Below are positions 1 through 9,132 of a DNA stretch of 64,000 nucleotides, one piece after another. Position 1 is the stretch's first letter; each line of letters opens with the position of its first letter. Origin of the DNA: a virus; the IMG/VR virus record IMGVR_UViG_3300049460_000196, positions 49,104-113,103 of that record. The stretch is one strand, 5' to 3'. The position numbers and the translations under genes are program-made. Under the pieces are notes generated by a model. It did no database searches. It worked only from the letters and a program-made list of their open reading frames with translations, and was not told the origin of the DNA.

Positions 1-56
1 CCATGTGAAAACTTGATTACAAGGCTTTCGATAAATACTGTTTTAATGAGGTATTC

Positions 57-521
57 ATGCGAGCTATCGAAATCTTCCAAAATTCAGTATTGAACGAATC
101 AGTTACTGAACAAATAATCGCCAAAGCACAGTCATTTGTTAATGCGGTAAAACGCATGAGTGGTATGGAGACCGCAATGGTGCAAGCTAATAGCTATCAG
201 CAAGAATTGTTGAATATTTTTGAGAACTGCGTAGATGCCGAAGATCTCAAAATGAAGATTCAGCAACTTGGTCAAACCATCACGATGTCACAAGTACATG
301 AAGGTGTGGGATCCAAGATTGCCAAGGCATCACTGTTGACTCTGGCTGGTGTTGGTGCGGTAGTATGTGCCAAACTGGTCGGCATCTACAATCAAATGGG
401 CCAACCAGATGTTATTGACGGCAGTCATTTGAACATGGTTGGAGGTGTACTGTTTGGTGTTATTCCAGCCGTGTTATGTGCGATGCTGGCTATCTTTATC
501 GCCCTTGACAGCCGGGCTTGA
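57..521 (+). CDS. hypothetical membrane protein
   Basis: 154 aa, two C-terminal hydrophobic segments, TAAATA and GAGG upstream. Confidence 0.7.
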   Translation: MRAIEIFQNSVLNESVTEQIIAKAQSFVNAVKRMSGMETAMVQANSYQQELLNIFENCVDAEDLKMKIQQLGQTITMSQVHEGVGSKIAKASLLTLAGVGAVVCAKLVGIYNQMGQPDVIDGSHLNMVGGVLFGVIPAVLCAMLAIFIALDSRA

Positions 522-634
522 TGGCAAACAACCAATAAAATCAGGACACACTTGTTCTTCTTTTGGTGGATGAGTGGCCGAAAAATTAGTGCGGAAGATC
601 ATTGGTCGTCCGCACTTGATGCAAGTATAACCCA

Positions 635-1009
635 TTAAATGGATACCGCCAACAGGTCAGTGGCCACAACATGTGGCGGCACGTTTGCACGTACATGATG
701 CTGAATCAACAGCATACCAATGTATTTGTCGAAGTTGCCGTCATCCGCGTCGTCTACCCAGCCGTTGTAAGGATACGTGGTTTCGTCGTATCCCTCTTCA
801 CCTTCCTGAAACTTCACTAATTCACTTACTGGCGTGGGATCGTCAATCTTCAGACTCAGCTTGTACTTAAAGTCACCGTCCTGATAGTCCAGCATCTTGT
901 AGTCGTACTCCAATGCATCATCACGAAGCATCTGATACATCCAATCTGGCAAGTCATAGCCACGGATAGTGTGAATATAAGCTGGGCTGTGATCAGTTAT
1001 TGCCAACAT
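635..1009 (-). CDS. hypothetical protein
   Basis: 124 aa acidic ORF in a co-directional run. Confidence 0.65.
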   Translation of the reverse strand: MLAITDHSPAYIHTIRGYDLPDWMYQMLRDDALEYDYKMLDYQDGDFKYKLSLKIDDPTPVSELVKFQEGEEGYDETTYPYNGWVDDADDGNFDKYIGMLLIQHHVRANVPPHVVATDLLAVSI

Positions 1010-1012
1010 GAA

Positions 1013-1621
1013 TTATCCTTCAGATATTAAGCGCTTGATGGTCGCTGTGACCAATTGTGGATCGGCCTTCATTTGACGCATAACTTGCCCCATGAGCGAG
1101 CCGATTGCTTTGTCCTTACCAGACTTAAATTCCTGGACTGCCTTGGCATTCTGCGCCAAGACTGTTTTTACAATCGCATCCAGTTCACTCGTATCTGCCT
1201 CATCCAGTGCCGTAGAGGTCACCAAAACGTCTTCCAGCAAAAGTCCGATGTTGGACGTCAGCAGCACATCTTTCAGCAGCAAACGCGCCTGGTCTTTGCG
1301 AATCAGGTTTTTGTCGAGGAGCTGGGCAATTGCGAACAACGAACGCCCAGCACCATAGTGGTATTCTGGAATGTCGGTCAAGACCAAACCTGATTGACTC
1401 AGTTGGCCTGACACGTCGTTGATCATGAACTTGTGGAAAACATCCAGATCAGAACTGAGGGTGAAACTTGCCGCATCTTTGCCGTGGAGATTAGCCATGA
1501 CAGCACGGTACATGAGTTCCTGATCTTTCATCACATTGATGTTTTGGTACAGTTTCAGCACCTCGGTATCATCAATGTGGGCAATACTGGCCACAACAGC
1601 GGCAATTTCTAATTGTTTCAT
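1013..1621 (-). CDS. GatB/Yqey C-terminal tRNA-binding domain protein
   Basis: C-terminus AVQEFKSGKDKAIGSLMGQVMRQMKADP typical of GatB tail; start moved to MKQLEI because the upstream part overlaps a tRNA-like RNA. Confidence 0.8.
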   Translation of the reverse strand: MKQLEIAAVVASIAHIDDTEVLKLYQNINVMKDQELMYRAVMANLHGKDAASFTLSSDLDVFHKFMINDVSGQLSQSGLVLTDIPEYHYGAGRSLFAIAQLLDKNLIRKDQARLLLKDVLLTSNIGLLLEDVLVTSTALDEADTSELDAIVKTVLAQNAKAVQEFKSGKDKAIGSLMGQVMRQMKADPQLVTATIKRLISEG

Positions 1622-1634
1622 ATACGTTAAATTC

Positions 1635-1865
1635 TGGTGGACGCGACGGGACTTGAACCCGCGTATTTCCTTGTACCCGGGCATTACTCCGGGATCTAAC
1701 ACAACTTGGAAAATCCGCTTCCCTTGCTGTTTATCGCCACCTGTTGCCAGGCCGCTATAGGTGCGGGGTAAAACCATGCGTTATGCCAGACTTGCGACTT
1801 GGAACCCATTTTATTGGAACCCCTGCCTATTTTTAGGAGTGCATCGCCCTCTTTGCTACGCGCCC
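1635..1865 (-). ncRNA. tRNA-like RNA (G3.U70, A73, CCA) with ~160-nt insert replacing the anticodon loop
   Basis: GGGCGCG/CGCGTCC-ACCA acceptor, D arm, T arm GCGGG-TTCAAGT-CCCGT. Confidence 0.75.
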
Positions 1866-2042
1866 ATGTTCATATGGTATTGCCAGTTTACCGGGAAGTC
1901 AAGCGATCTATTACCGCCCAAGCTTTTAGCCGATCAATCTCGAGTGAAATTTCAAGATCCGTGTAACCTTCCAGTTCCATCACGGTGGCGATGTAGAAAT
2001 ATGGATCAGGCTGTAACGAAGCCCAGATTTTCTTGAGCCAAT

Positions 2043-2267
2043 TCATGATATCAACACTGCATTGGTGGAGATAACTTCGTTAATCAGTTCACGCTGTTTA
2101 TCAGCCAAAGCCAAGGGAAACATGGGCGAATCGTATTGCTTCTGGGTTAAGTTGAAGGTTAGCTCAGCGGTCATCAACACACCAACACCCAACCCTTCCT
2201 GAAATTCTTTGGTGGCCCCGTTTACCACTACGGATAGCTTGTAGACTCGCTTGATCGTTTCGGTCAT
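2043..2267 (-). CDS. hypothetical protein
   Basis: 74 aa, AGGAG RBS. Confidence 0.6.
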   Translation of the reverse strand: MTETIKRVYKLSVVVNGATKEFQEGLGVGVLMTAELTFNLTQKQYDSPMFPLALADKQRELINEVISTNAVLIS

Positions 2268-2276
2268 AGCCAGCTC

Positions 2277-2525
2277 CTAGTGAACAGTGTTGTTGCCAGG
2301 CATTACCAGCGCATGATTGTTCCGGTACAGCAAGCCAGCATGAATCATATTCACTTCTTCCACAAACGCACGGATCTTTTCAGGCGATACCATGTCCTCT
2401 TCATGCGACTTGATATCTAGGACAAAAACTTCGACATCAAAGTCTGGTTTAGGCGGAAGAACTTCAGTCCGCTCACTCATGAATTTTTTCAACAGGTCAC
2501 GCCATTCCAATTTCTTGTCGTCCAT
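2277..2525 (-). CDS. hypothetical protein
   Basis: 82 aa, AGGAG RBS. Confidence 0.6.
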   Translation of the reverse strand: MDDKKLEWRDLLKKFMSERTEVLPPKPDFDVEVFVLDIKSHEEDMVSPEKIRAFVEEVNMIHAGLLYRNNHALVMPGNNTVH

Positions 2526-2579
2526 GATTGCTCCTTTTCTGATGTTTCATTTTACACGCAAGTGAACAATCATGCAAGC

Positions 2580-2954
2580 CTATTCTGGGAGATCGCTTGG
2601 GTGCATGCCATAGAGGTCAGCTACTGGTTCACGTAAGACAGTTTTGAGGTTGGCAACCAAATCTTCCAGATAAGCGAGGCGAGCTTCCAACTCGCTCTTT
2701 TGCTCTTTGTGCATGGCATGAGCAGTTGCATAAGTGTAGTCATCAGCATACGATAAACTACCGTAACCAGAAAGACTGTAACCAATCAATTGTGCGAACT
2801 GATTTTGATCATCTTTGTCAACATCATCCATACAGGCGATGTCATTGAGGTTGATCACGTTGGTGTCAACTAACTGACGAATGATCTTATTGGCTTTGAA
2901 GCGAAGGGTGCCGTGCTGGTCGAGTTCCAGCGGCTGAATTGGATGTTTGGACAT
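2580..2954 (-). CDS. hypothetical protein
   Basis: ORF restarted at MSKHP, after the tRNA. Confidence 0.65.
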   Translation of the reverse strand: MSKHPIQPLELDQHGTLRFKANKIIRQLVDTNVINLNDIACMDDVDKDDQNQFAQLIGYSLSGYGSLSYADDYTYATAHAMHKEQKSELEARLAYLEDLVANLKTVLREPVADLYGMHPSDLPE

Positions 2955-2959
2955 GTTTT

Positions 2960-3031
2960 TGGTCCCTCGTACTGGAGTCGAACCAGTCAAGCACGCTTAG
3001 GAGGCACGCTGCTCAATCCCTGAGACGAGAG
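2960..3031 (-). tRNA. tRNA-Arg(CCT), compact fold
   Basis: no 8-9 linker, 6-bp anticodon stem, loop CT-CCT-AA, T arm, CCA. Confidence 0.75.
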
Positions 3032-3111
3032 GTAATGGTTAAGATATTGCCACTCTACTGGCAATACTTGATGCACACAATAATCTAAATACCAGTCATT
3101 GGAGACATTAT

Positions 3112-3654
3112 ATGAAAATTCTTATCACAGGTGCAAGTCGGGGTATTGGTCTTGCCACAGCGTCTTTGCTGACGTCTATGGGGCATACCGTGATTGATGC
3201 TAGTCGGAGTACCGGCCATGACATTCGTCGCCCACAATCATTCTTGAATCTACTGCGCGACTGCGATGTATTCATCAACAACGCATATTCATTCCAGGCA
3301 CATTTCGCACAAACGGAAGTGCTATATGGCGCATATGATCTCTGGAAGGATACCAATAAACACATCATCAGTATTGGATCAAACTCAGCAGATGGCATTA
3401 AGAATCATCCGCACCTATACGCCGTAGCCAAACATGCGTTGGATAAAGCATCCGAGCAATTGGCCAACACTGGATCGAAATGCCGTGTGACCAATGTGAG
3501 GTTTGGATTAGTTGACACCCAAATGAGTGCCAGTATTGTGGGATATCCTGGGCAGCGTCGTATCACTCCCCAGGAAGCCGCAGAGACGATTGTGTGGGCT
3601 ACGAATCAGCCAAGTGGATTGCTGATGAAAACCACTACAGTGCAACCGTGTTGA
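3112..3654 (+). CDS. short-chain dehydrogenase/reductase
   Basis: TGASRGIG, INNA and YAVAK motifs. Confidence 0.9.
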   Translation: MKILITGASRGIGLATASLLTSMGHTVIDASRSTGHDIRRPQSFLNLLRDCDVFINNAYSFQAHFAQTEVLYGAYDLWKDTNKHIISIGSNSADGIKNHPHLYAVAKHALDKASEQLANTGSKCRVTNVRFGLVDTQMSASIVGYPGQRRITPQEAAETIVWATNQPSGLLMKTTTVQPC

Positions 3655-4026
3655 ATTACTGACGTGGCATTTTGCTGGTTTTGGTAGGCCAGGCAGCGGG
3701 ATTACGGGCGGTATTGTACTTCTGTTCAGGAGCTGATTCGCGGATCATATTGATCGTCGTTGTCAGTGGAGATTCATGGCCGGGGGCAAACAACTTGCTA
3801 ACTTTTACAACAACCGAGTTAATAAAGTTTTGTTTGGAAGTGTTTGGCATGATGGTCATCCAGCTAGTTAAGATAACGCAGTATAGTACCAAATGAACAA
3901 AAGATCAACTTCTATTTGAAGACAGCCACCAACCCTGATCACAAAGTTGGTGCTGCGGAGAATCAGACCACCATCCAGAATAAACCAGATAGCCTGGGGA
4001 ACGAGTGCTCCCGGGTCATTGAATTT

Positions 4027-4104
4027 TGGTGGTGATAGGCGGGATCGAACCGCCGACCTGCGGGTTATGAATCCGCCGCTCTAACCAGTCTGAGCTATAT
4101 CACC
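4027..4104 (-). tRNA. tRNA-Met/Ile2(CAT)
   Basis: canonical cloverleaf, CCA. Confidence 0.9.
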
Positions 4105-4106
4105 TT

Positions 4107-4191
4107 TGGTGTCCTGGGCGGGACTCGAACCCGCACGCCTTTCGGCACCACCCCCTCAAAGTGGCGAGTCTACCAATTTCTCCACCAGGAC
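4107..4191 (-). tRNA. tRNA-Leu(GAG)
   Basis: class II cloverleaf, CCA. Confidence 0.9.
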
Positions 4192-4236
4192 ATTTTGTAT
4201 TGCATGTATTATAGAACCTATTTACTAGTCTTGCAA

Positions 4237-4632
4237 CTACAGCCGTTTGAAAATTCCTTCCAGGGCCTGATATTCAGTACCCTTCAGATCTTTTGTTGCC
4301 TTATTGGCTGCACGAATTGCTGAACGGCTACTCTTAACCTGATTGATCAACTCTGCCAATACCTTCGGATCCAAGCATTCAAATTCATGAAGAGCCATGA
4401 TACGGCTGCACCCATATTTACCCGTGAAAGAAGTGGTAACATGCAGATGCACGGCATCCAGATTTGCATTATAGCCAGCGAGGAAAATCCGGAAGACGAC
4501 ATCGTGATTCTTTTTCGTTCTCGCAAGCAGGTATGGGCTCCATTGTGTTGGCTCAGTGACGGCGAGGTTCAACATATTGGCTTTCGCGACAAAGCGATTC
4601 GCAACATCTTGTTGCACAGGATTGAGAATCAT
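4237..4632 (-). CDS. hypothetical protein, paralog of 4641..5066
   Basis: shared EFExxDPKxLA...SRxAxRAAxKA motif. Confidence 0.7.
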   Translation of the reverse strand: MILNPVQQDVANRFVAKANMLNLAVTEPTQWSPYLLARTKKNHDVVFRIFLAGYNANLDAVHLHVTTSFTGKYGCSRIMALHEFECLDPKVLAELINQVKSSRSAIRAANKATKDLKGTEYQALEGIFKRL

Positions 4633-4640
4633 GTTGTACC

Positions 4641-5066
4641 TTAAATCAGCTTATTGATCAAGTCGTTGATCTTCACACCTTCAGCGCCGATGGCAACCTG
4701 TAGGGCTTTCTTGGCTGCACGGTGAGCCGTACGACTGTCAGTGATTTGTTGGTGGAGCGCAGCCAAAGCCTTGGGATCAATGCGCTCAAATTCTTCAATC
4801 GTGATGTACTTGATCGACTCATGGATGCCCGAAATACTTGATTGGACATGCTGGGTGATCTTTGGGCCGTTCGCACTCAATGGATCAGCACTCACATTGA
4901 ATTGGAACAGGATAGAACGGTTCTTGGCATGCCGGGCTTCGTGCGTCCAAGTATTCCACCAATTCATGGTTGATGTTGGATTACGAAAATCCAGAACGAA
5001 GCCAATGTGTTCAGCTTTAAGGATAAAGCGATCGGCTAGTGCCTGCATGGCGGGATGAATGTTCAT
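4641..5066 (-). CDS. hypothetical protein, paralog of 4237..4632
   Basis: shared motif with neighbour; start MNIHP. Confidence 0.7.
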   Translation of the reverse strand: MNIHPAMQALADRFILKAEHIGFVLDFRNPTSTMNWWNTWTHEARHAKNRSILFQFNVSADPLSANGPKITQHVQSSISGIHESIKYITIEEFERIDPKALAALHQQITDSRTAHRAAKKALQVAIGAEGVKINDLINKLI

Positions 5067-5139
5067 GTGAATACAAAAAGATTGACAATACCACATGGTA
5101 CTGCCAATCTGGCAACTACTCTACTGGGGAGTTTTCACA

Positions 5140-5373
5140 TTATTGGAAAACTTTGGTGACGATCAGCATACGACCTGGATACTTGACCGAGCGAGTGGCG
5201 CCATCCAGATAGACTTTGCCATTTTTGATCTCAGTTACTTCCTTGATCTCGATGTCATACGACGTTGCGATTTTACCCAACACAACGCCACGGACGACTT
5301 TGTCGCCAACCTTGTAGTCGTTACCCAGCATGTCTTTGGCTTCGGTACCGAGGAAATCGCTCTGGATGGTCAT
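5140..5373 (-). CDS. hypothetical protein
   Basis: 77 aa, downstream of a sigma70-like promoter. Confidence 0.6.
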   Translation of the reverse strand: MTIQSDFLGTEAKDMLGNDYKVGDKVVRGVVLGKIATSYDIEIKEVTEIKNGKVYLDGATRSVKYPGRMLIVTKVFQ

Positions 5374-5404
5374 CTGCTACTCCGTGTTCGTTTATCTTGT
5401 TCCT

Positions 5405-5433
5405 ATTATAGGCGTAGATGAACAAACAATCAA
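5405..5433 (-). promoter_or_regulatory. sigma70-like early promoter
   Basis: TTGATT-17nt-TATAAT, TGTTCAT in spacer. Confidence 0.75.
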
Positions 5434-5436
5434 GTA

Positions 5437-5649
5437 TTAGTCACGTTTGTTTGCCAGTTCGTTCAACTGTTTGCTGAGGTCGGCGTCGGTTTCGGCGGTG
5501 ATCACGCCCAGCTTAACCATGTTGTTCATGGTACCACGATACACTTCAAACTCGCGGTTATCGAACGACTCAACCATCACGTGCTCGCGACCAGTGTCGC
5601 TGTCGAAGGTGTCGTAGTTGTGTTTGATCTGCGCGTTGATGATATACAT
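5437..5649 (-). CDS. hypothetical protein
   Basis: 70 aa, AGGAG RBS. Confidence 0.6.
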   Translation of the reverse strand: MYIINAQIKHNYDTFDSDTGREHVMVESFDNREFEVYRGTMNNMVKLGVITAETDADLSKQLNELANKRD

Positions 5650-5677
5650 GGTCGCTCCTGCATTTGTGTAGAATCAC

Positions 5678-5706
5678 ATTATAGACGCAGATGAACAGAA
5701 AATCAA
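5678..5706 (-). promoter_or_regulatory. sigma70-like early promoter
   Basis: TTGATT-17nt-TATAAT, TGTTCAT in spacer. Confidence 0.75.
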
Positions 5707-5714
5707 GTAATATT

Positions 5715-5985
5715 TGGTGGACCAGAGCGGAATTGAACCGCCACGACGTCGCGAACGTCTTTCCCAGTGCGGAGGACTTGTACTCACCTGAGTAGCCCAG
5801 CGAAGCACCAATACATGATGCTTTGGTGGACTATGGGGACTCGAACCCCCTCTCCCTGGCCCGTAATGATCAGCCTCGTGGGGCTTGTCCCACAATCTCC
5901 GCCATTAGATGTAGCGGTGCTGAATCACGCTTCTGAAGCTACTCGCTTGAAGCCGATCATTACGAGCGACTGTTGCCAGTCACCC
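5715..5985 (-). ncRNA. structured tRNA-like RNA with two T-arm/CCA ends
   Basis: T arm+ACCA at 5715 and 5824, 18-bp upstream helix, GCAA tetraloop hairpin. Confidence 0.65.
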
Positions 5986-5992
5986 AGCTGGT

Positions 5993-6277
5993 TTAATGGT
6001 CTTTGCAGTGACTCAGGTCGCCACGTGATGGCTTTGCACCAGCACGATGTTGTTTCGACCAGTCGTAATCTGCACCCGCGGAGGTAGCACCAGCTTTACC
6101 AACGCTGTTTGGGTTCTCGGATACCATAGTCACGAAACGAATCTTACCCGTTTCTTCACCTTCGCGGCGCAGAGCAGCCTGAAACTCCAGTGGCTCTGCC
6201 AACAGTACGGTATCAAACACGCGGGATTTTGCTTCCAGGCCGTCTTCGTGAACTTCCGACCAATAAATCATAAACAT
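5993..6277 (-). CDS. hypothetical protein
   Basis: 94 aa ORF with RBS. Confidence 0.65.
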   Translation of the reverse strand: MFMIYWSEVHEDGLEAKSRVFDTVLLAEPLEFQAALRREGEETGKIRFVTMVSENPNSVGKAGATSAGADYDWSKQHRAGAKPSRGDLSHCKDH

Positions 6278-6393
6278 TTTACTTCCTCTCTCTTTTCATC
6301 TTTATATTTACAAGAGAGTATATGGTAAAATGGCCACATTTTCAACTGTTATTTCAGATGGGTGGGGAAAGTTGACTTTCCCCAGTTTACGCA

Positions 6394-7041
6394 CTATGCA
6401 GCCTCACGCTCCAATTCGGCCATAGCCGTCTGGTATTCGTCATCGCTGTAGTAATGATTGCCCAGAACGTCTATCCAAACATTGGTAGTAGCATACTGAT
6501 TGTTGTCGCAGAATTGAGCATCGACTTTGAATTGTTCACCATCAACCGAATAGGTTTTCGGTACAGTCACGTTATTGCAATAACGATCGACATGAAGGAA
6601 CATTTGAGACAAGCGGGCATGACTTGCGACACGCGCTTTGGTGATGTCGCGAGTGAACTCAGTTACCTTCGCATCAACGGCATAAATGGGCTCCACGCCT
6701 TTATGATAAAACTTGACCAAGTATGCAGTCTTGGCTGGCTCGTAACGGAGTCGAGCATCGCGTCCGAGAACTTTCGTTTGACGAAACATGGTGGACACAC
6801 ATTCGATAACCTCTGGTTTGAATCCTTCAGGGCCCACCAGTTTAACGTTCATCAAAAGCTCGCCTTTGTATTGGAGCCCGACCATATTATGACCGTGGGT
6901 ATCAAGCAGCTTGCGAACGGCTTTGGCATGATGCTTGGTGCCCGTATATAGCGTCAATAGCGTATTGGGTTTGAACCCACGCTCCATCAATGCTGTAACG
7001 GCCCGAACTGGATCTGAATCTACAATACGATGCGAAATCAT
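6394..7041 (-). CDS. hypothetical protein
   Basis: 215 aa ORF. Confidence 0.7.
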   Translation of the reverse strand: MISHRIVDSDPVRAVTALMERGFKPNTLLTLYTGTKHHAKAVRKLLDTHGHNMVGLQYKGELLMNVKLVGPEGFKPEVIECVSTMFRQTKVLGRDARLRYEPAKTAYLVKFYHKGVEPIYAVDAKVTEFTRDITKARVASHARLSQMFLHVDRYCNNVTVPKTYSVDGEQFKVDAQFCDNNQYATTNVWIDVLGNHYYSDDEYQTAMAELEREAA

Positions 7042-7102
7042 GTGCTTCCCCGGTGCGTTAAAAAAAACACACTATACTGTAATTAATACAATGTTCAAAG
7101 CT

Positions 7103-7405
7103 CTACACTACTAAAACATCAATGAAGGCAGTTGGGGTATTGGTGGGTTCAGGAGGAAAGACGGCGGCCCATTGTGCGGCATAGCGCTCAATAGATTCGC
7201 CTAGAATGAATTTATAGCCAACCACACAACCATCACCAGTAAACGCATTCAGCGTCGTGATCAGGAGTTCATTGGTTGGTGTTTCTTCGTAGTCATCACT
7301 CAATGAATATGAGTCGATGTTGTGTGATTCGAGCCATGACTTTGCTTCCGGGTAATCACCGAACCAGAGTCCGTAAATGGCAATGCCCGTGTATGCAACT
7401 GTCAT
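7103..7405 (-). CDS. hypothetical protein
   Basis: 100 aa ORF. Confidence 0.6.
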   Translation of the reverse strand: MTVAYTGIAIYGLWFGDYPEAKSWLESHNIDSYSLSDDYEETPTNELLITTLNAFTGDGCVVGYKFILGESIERYAAQWAAVFPPEPTNTPTAFIDVLVV

Positions 7406-7454
7406 AGTCTTTTATGTGGTAGGGAGAGGGGGACTTGAACCCCCACGCCACTAT

Positions 7455-7539
7455 TGGTACCCTGAGCCGGAATCGAACCGGCACGCCTCACGGCGCTTGA
7501 TTTTGAGTCAAGTGCGTCTACCAGTTCCGCCATCAGGGC
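7455..7539 (-). tRNA. tRNA-Leu(CAA), nested in split tRNA
   Basis: class II cloverleaf, CCA. Confidence 0.92.
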
Positions 7540-7988
7540 TCATTCTGTTTATATTGACTGCGTTTCTTACCAGTAAGAGCTTGAGCAATTTTCGCTCTAT
7601 GTTCGGGAGATTTTGGCTTCCCTGCATTACCCTTACCAGCTTTACGTGCTTGCTCTACACCTCTACTCTGTGAGGCACATGCAGCTTCGTATCCATTCTT
7701 AGCGACATTCTGTTCCCAAAGCGTCATACCCGTATGGTCTACACGATCAATATAATTGTCTTTGTGCGTACCCCAATACAAATGATTGGGGTTACTGCAT
7801 TTTTCATTATTGCAAGCATGACACAACAAAGTTGTGTGAGTTTCGGGTATGGTAGTTCCCAAAGTTGCTGCCAACAATCCGCGAAATTCAACTGATTTGC
7901 CACCACGTTCAACACATGGAAGTTCAAGAGCTAAATGACTACGGCGTTCTTCTCTACTCAGAAGCATATGGTCGATGATATTCATCAT
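7533..7988 (-). CDS. HNH/His-Cys homing endonuclease with NUMOD3-like tail
   Basis: CHACNNEKCSNPNHLYWGTHKDN and KSPEHRAKIAQALTG motifs. Confidence 0.85.
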   Translation of the reverse strand: MMNIIDHMLLSREERRSHLALELPCVERGGKSVEFRGLLAATLGTTIPETHTTLLCHACNNEKCSNPNHLYWGTHKDNYIDRVDHTGMTLWEQNVAKNGYEAACASQSRGVEQARKAGKGNAGKPKSPEHRAKIAQALTGKKRSQYKQNEP

Positions 7989-8049
7989 CTATTTAGTAAA
8001 CACGGCTGCTGTGTCTACCAATTCCACCATCCCCCATAAGCGTATATTT

Positions 8050-8134
8050 TGGTGCCCAGAGCCGGAATCGAACCGGCACGCCTTGCGGCAGCGGATTTTG
8101 AGTCCGCCAAGTCTACCAGTTTCATCATCTGGGC
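8050..8134 (-). tRNA. tRNA-Leu(CAA)
   Basis: class II cloverleaf, CCA. Confidence 0.9.
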
Positions 8135-8207
8135 GACAAAATATAAGTTCACGTGCTGCTAGTGCTCCGCATTATACATATCGGAGCCCAGTATGCCAAA
8201 TGTTTTT

Positions 8208-8286
8208 TGGTGGATGCGGTGGGCATCGAACCCACAAAGCCCAAGATTTTAAGTCCCGGAGGTATGCCATTTCCCGTCACGCATCC
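8208..8286 (-). tRNA. tRNA-Leu(TAA), short variable loop
   Basis: cloverleaf, loop CT-TAA-AA, CCA. Confidence 0.8.
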
Positions 8287-8312
8287 ATGGGATGACGCAC
8301 GTCATCCATGTA

Positions 8313-8711
8313 TTACAGATACAGCCTGGTGTTCCAGTCGTTGTACTGGTCACCATCATAGGTGGTATTCCACCTAAACGAACGTTTAACCAGCTTCTTG
8401 TCCCACGTATATTCCACGCGATCAAAACTGTATTCAAACGAACTTACTACCGACTCGCCATCAACCAATACTGCTTGGCCATAGCGAACCTTATTGAGCA
8501 TCTGATCAGGCTCAAAGAAAATTGTTCTCACTTCGTTATGCCAATCCGCAGGCACATAAAGGTCAATCAACTTCTGGACATTCTCAAATGTTGCATCCCA
8601 TTGTTCAGGTATGCGAATGGTCTCCATGGCCATGTGTGTGCCATTCCAAGCCGCATACCGTATCTCAACGGACGGTTTGATTCTATATTGGGGAAGGGTT
8701 ATGGGAAACAT
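8313..8711 (-). CDS. hypothetical protein, paralog of 8719..9132
   Basis: ITLPxYxxKPSV and DQxxxK motifs shared. Confidence 0.7.
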   Translation of the reverse strand: MFPITLPQYRIKPSVEIRYAAWNGTHMAMETIRIPEQWDATFENVQKLIDLYVPADWHNEVRTIFFEPDQMLNKVRYGQAVLVDGESVVSSFEYSFDRVEYTWDKKLVKRSFRWNTTYDGDQYNDWNTRLYL

Positions 8712-8718
8712 CGTCTAT

Positions 8719-9132
8719 TTACCGAACATAGAAATACTTGGCATGATCTTCACCATTTGCACCAGTTCGACGTGAGCGTTTGGTGATCTTACCTGCAACT
8801 CCCTTATTCATCGCAACATCAACTTGTTCATACGAGTATGACTCAACGTGCATAACCAGATCACCATCGTCGCTCAAATAGGCTTGATCATATTGAAGCT
8901 TGGGAATCAACTGGTCAGAAATGAAGGCCACATACGATACGGTATCATGAAATTGTGGAGGAACATGCTTGTGCATGAATGCTACTGCATTGTCGCGTGT
9001 TGGCGCAAGCTCAACGTCCTCGGACACCAGGATAGCCATGTTGCCACGAGTGTGCGACAAGCCATCGTCATACACCAGAAAAACGCTTGGCTTGTAGGCA
9101 TACTTGGGTAAAGTGATCGACAAATCCATCAA
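8719..9132 (-). CDS. hypothetical protein, paralog of 8313..8711
   Basis: shared motifs with neighbour. Confidence 0.7.
   Translation of the reverse strand: MMDLSITLPKYAYKPSVFLVYDDGLSHTRGNMAILVSEDVELAPTRDNAVAFMHKHVPPQFHDTVSYVAFISDQLIPKLQYDQAYLSDDGDLVMHVESYSYEQVDVAMNKGVAGKITKRSRRTGANGEDHAKYFYVR

Larger units (their letters stand above)
7417..8036 (-). pseudogene. split tRNA-Leu-type gene (5' part ~8003-8036, 3' part 7417-7454)
   Basis: GGGGGA/TCTCCC acceptor pairing across a ~550-bp insert; Leu-type D arm GTGGAATTGGTAGACAC. Confidence 0.75.
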
